From: Octopus bimaculoides
Taxonomy: Eukaryota
Length of the DNA: 64,000 nt
Assembly (NCBI RefSeq): GCF_001194135.2
Contig: NC_068984.1
Coordinates: 62,498,878-62,562,877 of the forward strand
Direction of reading: 5' to 3'
In this document: positions 54,201-64,000 of the stretch, piece by piece
How positions within the stretch are numbered: the first letter of the stretch is position 1
How the letters are laid out: every line of letters starts with the position of its first letter
Made by a program: the position numbers and the translations under genes
Notes under the pieces: generated by a model
Told to the model about the DNA's origin: nothing
Seen by the model: only the letters and a program-made list of their open reading frames with translations
Database searches by the model: none

Positions 54201-55423
54201 TGACAGATGCTGTAAAACATCAGGTTAAATGTATATATGTATTAAAATTTTCTACTTTCTGCGAACCACATCTGCCTGGATTGATTTAACCATACGCCCT
54301 TCCAATGCTGATTAAAAAGTTTGTATTTTGCAGGTTGAAATTATTAGGGTTGGGTTCTGCTACATATATATGTAACCTCTTAAACTAACGGGCATACACC
54401 AAGAACTGCTTATGCAAACATTCGTATATAAATATATAATACATATACGTGTTTGTGTGTGTATACATATGTATATTTTTATGGATATGTAAATGTATAA
54501 AAATAATATCTAGCAATCTTTCTTACTATTTATTTATCTGTCTATAATATAATATATATTCTTCGCAAGACTCAATGAACAGCTTGTTAACAGCAAACAA
54601 TATTATTATGTGATTTATCTAAATGTCACACTAATATGTTAATGCATGCATCCACATCCAAAACTGTTCCTTGAATGATCGCATATGGGGAGAAAGCGTA
54701 ATTTGCAACGAAGTCAAACGTGATACCAATATTGAATGCTCAGTCTCATGGTTTAAAATCGAAAGATGTTTATGTATGTTTGGGCGTATTAGATCGATGT
54801 CTGATTTGGTGGTCTACTTAGCTTTTGAATAAATAACAAAACATTAATTATAGATTCTGAGAGATGGTATATCCGAGATTGTAATCCCTAGTAAAACATT
54901 ATATTATATTAAACAGCAAATATAATGGTATTGGTGCTAGAGCATCTCCATATTGCTATAGAATGCGTGTTTTAAACACAAATGTGTGCTTCTACTTTCA
55001 AATTCAATTTTGTTTTAATAGCAGTCCTGTTAGTAATGTGTTATGCTAGACGTAAATTCAATTTTAACTTTACGCCAGTTCCTAATTTAATAATTATAAC
55101 AATAATGTAACCCAAGTAAATGAAAACAGTACAGCTGAATAGTCAATTTCGATGAATCAACGGAATGTAAAACAAAATATTATCGACGAATGTTTAAACC
55201 ACTATATATGAACCATATACGCGCGCGCACACACACACATACAAACACACATACGCACACATACACACACACAGCACAACCACTCAACACACTCACACAT
55301 ACGCGCACACACATATGCGTATGTATTTATATTATACATACTTATACACAAATGCACACACACATATATATATATGCATATTATGCATATACATACTTGT
55401 ATGTGTATATAGATACATATATG

Positions 55424-55454
<31 letters not shown>

Positions 55455-56136
55455 ATATAATATGTATGTATATATATGTATATATATATTTATATNNNNN
55501 NNNNNNNNNNNNNNNNNNNNNNNNNNNNNNNNNNNNNNNNNNNNNNNNNNNNNNNNNNNNNNNNNNNNNNNNNNNNNNNNNNNNNNNNNNNNNNNNNNNN
55601 NNNNNNNNNNNNNNNNNNNNNNNNNNNNNNNNNNNNNNNNNNNNNNNNNNNNNNNNNNNNNNNNNNNNNNNNNNNNNNNNNNNNNNNNNNNNNNNNNNNN
55701 NNNNNNNNNNNNNNNNNNNNNNNNNNNNNNNNNNNNNNNNNNNNNNNNNNNNNNNNNNNNNNNNNNNNNNNNNNNNNNNNATATATATACTGACGCACAC
55801 CCGCAAATCTTTATTATAATTTACAACGTTTTACTTTTGTTCATCATGACATATTCAGTAAGATTTTACGAGAACTTATTAGGACTGTACAATATAAATT
55901 GTATCATGGTCAAACAGGAATCATTTGCATAAAATTGATAATCTTTTCGTACATCGATAGAAAGCCACACCATATAATATTGATGTATAAACAATTAAAA
56001 CGGTCTTGCACCATCCCTCGTAGGAAGATAGTCAACGTCTAACGACCAAGATTGTGATCTAAGTATGTAAAGAGGCAAAAGCAAACAACATAACTGTAGC
56101 ATAAGAGCGTTGATTTCATTTAAACATGCACACACG

Positions 56137-56192
<56 letters not shown>

Positions 56193-59100
56193 GGGCTACT
56201 GGCAATAGAGCTAGGTAACTGTTATGCTGATGACCGCAAGTGAGCCAGAGATACACGTATCTTCGACTCTTGTCCACTCATCAGACGACTCGTCCTTTTC
56301 CTTAGAAGACCGGTCAGATTTGAAAAATAATTGATTTCAAAGATTATCTCCTGTTCTGAAGTGGAGCTAGTGTCATTTGCATTTGATATCTATAGCAGAT
56401 CTTCTATAGGCGGAGATAATTTATTTTTTAAATCATGAATTTATGTATTATCATACTTAATATATCTTTATTTATCTTATCTGCTGACGAGTTTGTTGCG
56501 TGCATTCGATTCTTTTCTGCGAACTTTTCATAATTTTCTGTCGAATTGTGTCCTCATCGACGCGTGACATATCATGTTTTTAGTTTTACTTGGTGTTGAT
56601 TCAACATCAACAGGATGTATTAAAATCTAATATTACAGAATTAGATAATTCTCAAAGGCATATGTCTGCTATTGGGATTCACAATCTCATGCACTCTTGT
56701 GCTATTAGCATTACGTAGATTAAAAGTTCGTTGAGTATTCTGAAGTATACTATGTTGCTTTGAGGAAACTCTCGAGAGTAATATATGAGTCGAATATTTC
56801 ACCCTCTCTTCACTAATTCAGTAGTACTTTATATTGAAGAAGTGATTCGTCGGACGTTATCCTATGAGTTGCCTATATGTCTCCTTTCCTTTCATGACGT
56901 CATGCAAAGAAACTCAACAAATATGCTAGTGTTCTTTCTTTGATTTAACGAAGAACAAAAATATCAAGTATCTGTGATTAAAAGATGGGTTTGTTTATAT
57001 ACGAACACATAAAGTAGGATACGCTGAAATTACATCAACATCAACATCAACATCAACATCTCTATATCTTCATCCATTAGGAAGCCAGTCCATGCGCCTC
57101 TTAAAAATTTAATAACGAAAGAACTTACGCAGAATACAAACACTTCTTTCAAAATATTTGAAACATTCTGTTTTAAAAGACAGTTCAACAAAATGTTTTT
57201 TTTATCTTAAGAAAATTTTTCTTCAAATATACATGTGTGTGTATGCATATATTTACATGTACTTACATAATACTTATCATATATATATATATATATATAT
57301 TTCTATATATATANNNNNNNNNNNNNNNNNNNNNNNNNNNNNNNNNNNNNNNNNNNNNNNNNNNNNNNNNNNNNNNNNNNNNNNNNNNNNNNNNNNNNNN
57401 NNNNNNNNNNNNNNNNNNNNNNNNNNNNNNNNNNNNNNNNNNNNNNNNNNNNNNNNNNNNNNNNNNNNNNNNNNNNNNNNNNNNNNNNNNNNNNNNNNNN
57501 NNNNNNNNNNNNNNNNNNNNNNNCCTCACTCAGTATGATAGATGTAGTGTCGATTGCTTCGAGTCAGATAGGAACTTCTCTACCGTAGAGAAAATAATCA
57601 GCCGAGCATTTGCTCATCTGTGCTGACTCTCACCACAATGGAAATTATTTTGTATTAGCTCTCAAAGCAGTGTGTGTTAAATTACTGAGCTATAATTTAT
57701 TTTAAATACGTTTCTGCACCCCAAGAAGAGGAAAAATATTTGCAGTAGAATTTGATCTGGGAATACAAATTAGTCTCTACGCACCTTTCATGTAAGAATA
57801 CACCACACTACAAATTGATGTCATCGGATTATCAAAAAGAGCGTCTCGGTGTGAATTTGCCTCGTTAATGATTAAAACAGCCTAGTTATGCAGGAAATTC
57901 TTCTTCCCTAGAAACATCAGGCAAAAAACATTTCCTATATAGGGACACAGTCCATATGGCTGTGATAGTGAACTATCCTTCGCGTTTTAGATCTTAAGTG
58001 AATGCGTTTTGTGTGATATTGCTTGATCTTTTGAAGATACTTTGACGTAAAGAGTTGTAACTAGAAGGTGATACAATTATTGACAAATGTGCATCCACAT
58101 TTATACAATTGGATCAGTAGGGATATTTCGGTTTGATAAAGTCTTAACATTTTACCCTTTTATGAACACTTTTCAGAATTGCATGCAAGACATGCAAGAC
58201 ATTACGTACACACTTAAAACACACTCATATACATATTATATAATGCTATTCGAAGTATCTGGTTAGATATGTATATAAATACATATGTACAGGTGTGTAT
58301 GTGTGCGTACCTGTGTGCATGCATATACACATATACATACACACATGTACAAATAATATATAAATATATAGATGTATGCATGTATTCATACATACATATA
58401 TACCTACATATATATATCTGTGTGTGTGTGTGTGTGTGTATACACACACATTCATGCAATAAGATGCTTCACAAACAAGCATATAATAAGCATCGACTGA
58501 CATCATAGCTTTATTATTTCAATGCAACTACGTAACAGTCATCATCACTATGATTCGAAAGATCATGATATATAGCATGAGTAATTTACTAGCTTAAATA
58601 AACTCAACATTTAATGCAGGCAACTTATTCCTTTTTACATTTTAAATTTAATTCATTATCGAGAAACCTGTTCGTACAATTCATAAATACATTTTCGATA
58701 TTTCATTCCAAGTCATTTCCAGACAATTCATTCGGAAGTGGAATTGAAGATGGATTCGTAACCTCGCACTCGTTCAGATCGAGGTAACGTTTAATAAGGA
58801 AAGAGAAATCGTGAGTAAAATTCTATGTNNNNNNNNNNNNNNNNNNNNNNNNNNNNNNNNNNNNNNNNNNNNNNNNNNNNNNNNNNNNNNNNNNNNNNNN
58901 NNNNNNNNNNNNNNNNNNNNNNNNNNNNNNNNNNNNNNNNNNNNNNNNNNNNNNNNNNNNNNNNNNNNNNNNNNNNNNNNNNNNNNNNNNNNNNNNNNNN
59001 NNNNNNNNNNNNNNNNNNNNNNNNNNNNNNNNNNNNNNNNNNNNNNNNNNNNNNNNNNNNNNNNNNNNNNNNNNNNNNNNNNNNNNNNNNNNNNNNNNNN

Positions 59101-59704
59101 NNNNNNNNNNNNNNNNNNNNNNNNNNNNNNNNNNNNNNNNNNNNNNNNNNNNNNNNNNNNNNNNNNNNNNNNNNNNNNNNNNNNNNNNNNNNNNNNNNNN
59201 NNNNNNNNNNNNNNNNNNNNNNNNNNNNNNNNNNNNNNNNNNNNNNNNNNNNNNNNNNNNNNNNNNNNNNNNNNNNNNNNNNNNNNNNNNNNNNNNNNNN
59301 NNNNNNNNNNNNNNNNNNNNNNNNNNNNNNNNNNNNNNNNNNNNNNNNNNNNNNNNNNNNNNNNNNNNNNNNNNNNNNNNNNNNNNNNNNNNNNNNNNNN
59401 NNNNNNNNNNNNNNNNNNNNNNNNNNNNNNNNNNNNNNNNNNNNNNNNNNNNNNNNNNNNNNNNNNNNNNNNNNNNNNNNNNNNNNNNNNNNNNNNNNNN
59501 NNNNNNNNNNNNNNNNNNNNNNNNNNNNNNNNNNNNNNNNNNNNNNNNNNNNNNNNNNNNNNNNNNNNNNNNNNNNNNNNNNNNNNNNNNNNNNNNNNNN
59601 NNNNNNNNNNNNNNNNNNNNNNNNNNNNNNNNNNNNNNNNNNNNNNNNNNNNNNNNNNTGCATATAATTGTGCAATTGTGCCTTTGTTTGTCCCCCACAA
59701 TCGC

Positions 59705-60721
59705 TTGAAACAAAACCTGAAGGAGCAAGGTCGGGAGAATAGGTGGATGACGAATTTGTTTCTCTACCAAGCTCTTCGATCTTCTGTGATACGATCTTTA
59801 CAATGTGGGGTCACGCACTGTCCTGATGAAACATCACTCCTTTTCGATTCAATAAAGCGAGTCTTTTTTCTTCAATGCTTGGTTGAAACACTCTACTGCT
59901 GACATTATACTTGAGCATTGATAGTTGTGGTAACAATTCAAAGTGAATTACTCTTTTGCAATCCCACCAGATAGAGAGAATAACCTTTTTCCCATGAAGT
60001 TCCCTTCTTGGTTGTGGTTCAGCTTCTTCCTTTTACCAAGCCACTGTTTACGACGTTTAACATTTCGATAGAAGATCCATTTTTCATCACCAGTCACAAG
60101 TCTATCCAAAAAGAGTGAAATGTGTTCGCGAGAATGGAGAGAAGAGCAGATGTCGACTCGGGATTTACGGTTGTTTTCAGAAAATTCATGAGGTACCCAT
60201 TTTTCAAGTTTAGGAACCTTTCCAAGTTGTTGAAGATGACGATCAACAGTTGTATGGTTTGAACTAAGCTTTATTGCTAACTCTTCAACTGATAATGCAG
60301 GAATTTCTTCAAATAATGCCTTAAGGAGCTTATTATGAAACTCACTTGGACGTCCTCTTCGATGTTCCTCTTCAAGGTTGAAATCTCCACTTCAGAATCT
60401 TGCAAAGCATCTTTTGCAAGTTCTTTCATTCAAGCATTCTTTCCCATAAACTGAGTGTATGTTTCGAGTCACTTCGGTTTCTTTTTTGTCCTCATAAAGC
60501 ATTATGAGCCTCAAATGCTCTTTGGATACTTTCATGTTTGAAAGGGTTTTAACCAAAGAAATTTTAATCCTCTTATTCTGTAATATAATATTTATTTAGG
60601 TTAAACGTACACAAATGCATAAAAATAATTTTTAGTTCCATTAGACATTCTAAAATACTATTAAATTTTATTCAATTTTAAAAAAGGTAAAATTGGATTG
60701 AACTTATGGGATGACCTGATA
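59705..60721 (-). mobile_element. Mariner (DD34D) with 5' TIR, truncated at the 3' end by a SINE fragment and a gap
   Basis: ATG at 60535 (MKVSKEHLRLIMLYE); GRP; KWVPHE; FLDRLVTGDEKWIFYRN; SIWWDC; HQDSA*PH..YSPDLAPSG with 34-residue spacing and the third D changed to G. The terminus TA-TCAGGTCATCCCATAAGTT ends at 60721. Confidence 0.9.
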
Positions 60722-61093
60722 TTTAATTATTAAATGACACACTTGTGAAAGATATTCAGTGTCCTGTTTATCGTATCCAAGAATACAATAAATGCTGCAT
60801 TTCATCAGCGTATGTATGCTTTAATGAATACTTGCAGTATACTGAGCTTGAGAGCGAAATGCTTTAGCAAATCCACAAAACATTGTTTTCTTACACTGAC
60901 GGTGGTCGGTCGCGTGTTAAGCACACTGTAAGCAGAATTTAAGCTCACATAAACTGAAGACGTACATAGAAGCTCACAGTCCTGAATTTACATTTCCCCC
61001 TTCCCACCTACATGTGGCATTTGATAAATTCAATCCTCTATTTTCAACGTTATCAATAGGTCTAACTCCTTTGTCGTCACACGTCTTTTGTCG

Positions 61094-61195
<102 letters not shown>

Positions 61196-61552
61196 ATATA
61201 TATATATATCTCGTCTCAGTCAGATGAATTGCATATGTGTGTTTGAGCACTTTGTTTGTGTCACTGGTGTATAAATATACGCATAAATATATACATATAA
61301 ATACATTGTCTTTCTTTTCTGGACACAACTTTTTTTAAAACTCTAGGTATACATGTTATATCATCAGTTACAAAATGACACTTCAAACTACTTCGTATCT
61401 GCGAAATTTGCACAAGACGATATTTGAAACAGGTTTAAAAAAATGTAACACAAAGTGAACGTTTGAATACCAAAACAGTTGGTAATCTGAAACAGTCTTG
61501 TGCCTTCAAGAGTTGCACTATACCTACATAGATATATACATTGCATGTATAC

Positions 61553-61617
<65 letters not shown>

Positions 61618-61639
61618 CGTGCATATATTTATATATATA

Positions 61640-61770
61640 TGGGAGAATATACGAAAAAACAACAACAGACGAGGACAGGTGGTGTAAATAACAAAAGGAT
61701 GTATTAGTATGACGCTCGGGAATACGGAAAGTCTTTGACGTTTCGAGCTACGCTCTTCAACAAAACCTAT
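61640..61770 (-). mobile_element. Short repeat fragment with a degenerate hammerhead-like motif (second family)
   Basis: Minus strand TTGTTGA-A-GAGC[GTA]GCTC-GAAAC-GTC-AAAGA at 61732-61763. Confidence 0.45.
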
Positions 61771-61951
61771 ACATNNNNNNNNNNNNNNNNNNNNNNNNNN
61801 NNNNNNNNNNNNNNNNNNNNNNNNNNNNNNNNNNNNNNNNNNNNNNNNNNNNNNNNNNNNNNNNNNNNNNNNNNNNNNNNNNNNTATATATATATATATG
61901 CATGCGTATGTATGTATGTATGTATGTATGTATGTATATATGAGAGTGTGT

Positions 61952-62175
61952 TATTTCTTTACTACCAACAAGGGGCTACACACAGAGGGGACAAACAAAG
62001 ACAGAGAAACGGATTAAGTCGATTATATCGAACCCAGTGCGTAACTGGTACTTATTTAATCGACCCCGAAAGGATGAAAGGCAAAGTCGACCTCGGCGGA
62101 ATTTGAACTCAGAACGTAGCGGCAGACGAGAAATACCGCTAAGCATTTCGCCCGGCGTGCTAACGTTTCTGCCAG
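61952..62175 (-). mobile_element. SINE copy (family B), well preserved
   Basis: Minus strand CTGGCAGAAACGTTAGCACGCCGGGCGAAATGCTTAGCGG..GTTCTGAGTTCAAATTCCGCCGAGGTCGAC; matches 30331-30550 and 49435-49515. Confidence 0.85.
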
Positions 62176-63420
62176 TGTGTGTGCGCGTGAATGCGTTGTG
62201 TGTGTGTGTGTGTGTGTACATGTGGATATGTAGATGCATGAGTGCTTAGTGGTTGATATGTCATCCTGAGAAAAGGAAAATGATATGGTTGCCAAATATC
62301 TCTTCATAAAGTATAACATCATTTGTTGTTTTCATATTTCTATTCTGCCAAAGCAATTCTCAAATCCCGTTACATTGATCAGCTTACAACATAACACATT
62401 CCAAAAACGGACCTATCTTACACCCAGCGTTTGATGTATGTTAACTGAGGAGATTTATAATTTTATCATTTCATGTTTTCATACTATTGGCTTGCCCGTT
62501 TGTTTTTATAGCAACCTTACGTTGTAATGTTCGCAGGCTGCCTACTTTAAATGTAAATGTAATACATAAAATTATTCATTGTAGATGTCTATGTCAATAA
62601 CATTCCTGAATAAGATTTGAAGTTTTTAGGGTCCTTCACGCTTCATCTGTATTGTCGGCTTGGTAGGCATAGCCAGCATTTTTATGCTTCGGTCTTTTGT
62701 TCAGGTCACATTGTTTAATATATGAAGGAAACTTTAGGTACATCTTATTTGTTTTATATATGAAGATTGATGGAATAATTCCCATCTCATTGGCCAGGAT
62801 AATTTGCGAGTATTACAATCTTATGAAATGTATTGACTCAATCACACTGCTGAAGGGTAATATATGTCTAGTAGTTGAACGACGATTCAAAGACTCCCTC
62901 ATTAACTCAAAACTTTAATCGGCAGCTAGAATTGATTCCAAAACTATGCTTATAAGAACCGACGAGCTTTTGGTTCTTGTTAAATTAGTCTTTTTAAAAG
63001 AATTTGTGTTAATTTGTTTCACGTATCAAATACATGTCAACGTTCAACTTTCAGTGATAATTATTTGAATTACATATTGATCTATATATTTAATTATCTG
63101 AGATAACGATGCTAACTTTACTGATTCTTAACATGTGCCCCATATCATAAAATGGACGTATTTTAGGCTTTGACACTAGCTATATTAGGGAGATATGCAA
63201 ACAGCATAAATTCAGATGGCTCCTTTTCAACTATTCTGAGCTTACATTTTAACTTAAAAATCTTACTGCGCTGAAACAACTAGTAGCAAACGTGAGATAC
63301 TCTTAATGAGAAGAGTAAGAAATAAAGAGGTAACAGCTACAACAATATATAATAACAGCAACAACAACAAAAGCAACAATAATGATAATATTAACATATA
63401 TTGTGTCTCTTTGCAGCTCA

Positions 63421-63785
63421 CACGTCTGGAACCTCACCGTTCAAACCAACAGAAAGATAAATGCGAATAGTCCGGACATTATATTGAAGGACTTATGACA
63501 AAGATCATACCTCCTCATCGATATGACTGTCTCAATGGACATCAATGTCTCTGTAAAGACCTGCCAGAAACTAAGGAAATATAAAGACCTTGAAATTGTC
63601 AAAATGTGGAACATCAAGACTACAATAATACCTGTTATCATAGGTGTCCGAGAAATGATAGCAAACGGGGCTGATTGCCACCTAGCGTAGCTACCAGGAA
63701 ATACAAAATAGCAGAAATTCAAAAAACAGTGCTCATGGGAACTGCCCATATCCTACGGAAAATATTGTCTATGAAATCTCTAATT
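63421..63785 (+). mobile_element. 3' fragment of an R4/Dong-type element: restriction-like endonuclease domain
   Basis: PDIILKD..LLIDMTV..KLRKYKDLEI..MWNIKTTIIPVIIG..IAEIQKTVLMGTAHILRKILS (PD..D..K RLE motif); two stops and one frameshift. Confidence 0.85.
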
Positions 63786-63802
63786 TTAAAGCAAAATTAT
63801 GA

Positions 63803-63932
63803 TTCAGTTCTATATTTAAAAGATGAAGAAATATGTACATTATTTACAATTGACGGACATTTGTCCTCATCTTGTTTGTCGCAACGTTGGGAAATTTCGA
63901 ACCTGAGTTCTCATTCCTAAGGTATTTTTCGA

Positions 63933-64000
<68 letters not shown>
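63803..64000 (-). mobile_element. Third copy of the hammerhead-bearing element, with the ribozyme core deleted; continues beyond the window
   Basis: Colinear with 37445-37620 in reverse, but AACGTT is joined directly to GGGAAATTTCG. (TTA)n runs to the window end. Confidence 0.8.

Noticed and set aside
56227-56284. CTGATGA on both strands (possible hammerheads)
   Set aside because: Neither has a correctly placed GAAA, and stem I does not close.

Overview
AT-rich eukaryotic genomic DNA from a gapped draft assembly (14 N-gaps, most flanked by microsatellites). The very high microsatellite density and the tRNA-derived SINE families suggest a cephalopod, probably an octopus (inference, not verified). 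I found no intact host gene, rRNA, true tRNA or CRISPR array. The window consists of decayed mobile elements: four Penelope-like element (PLE) remnants of two types, three DD34D mariners, one maT/DD37D-like element, a hAT remnant, an RTE LINE, R4/Dong-type non-LTR fragments, Helentron-type (HINE/DINE-like) elements and many SINEs. Most ORFs in the track are microsatellite or gap artefacts, or antisense readings of these elements. The best lead is a set of short repeats carrying minimal type-I hammerhead ribozyme (HHR) motifs. The clearest is a family with three copies in the window (37.1 kb, 37.5 kb, 63.9 kb). One copy has a Pol III tRNA-like head, and helix III is reduced to a loop-less ACGU palindrome. 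This suggests non-autonomous, PLE-mobilised, ribozyme-bearing SINEs or retrozymes. Every copy here has at least one core lesion, so ribozyme activity is inferred from the consensus and is not shown.
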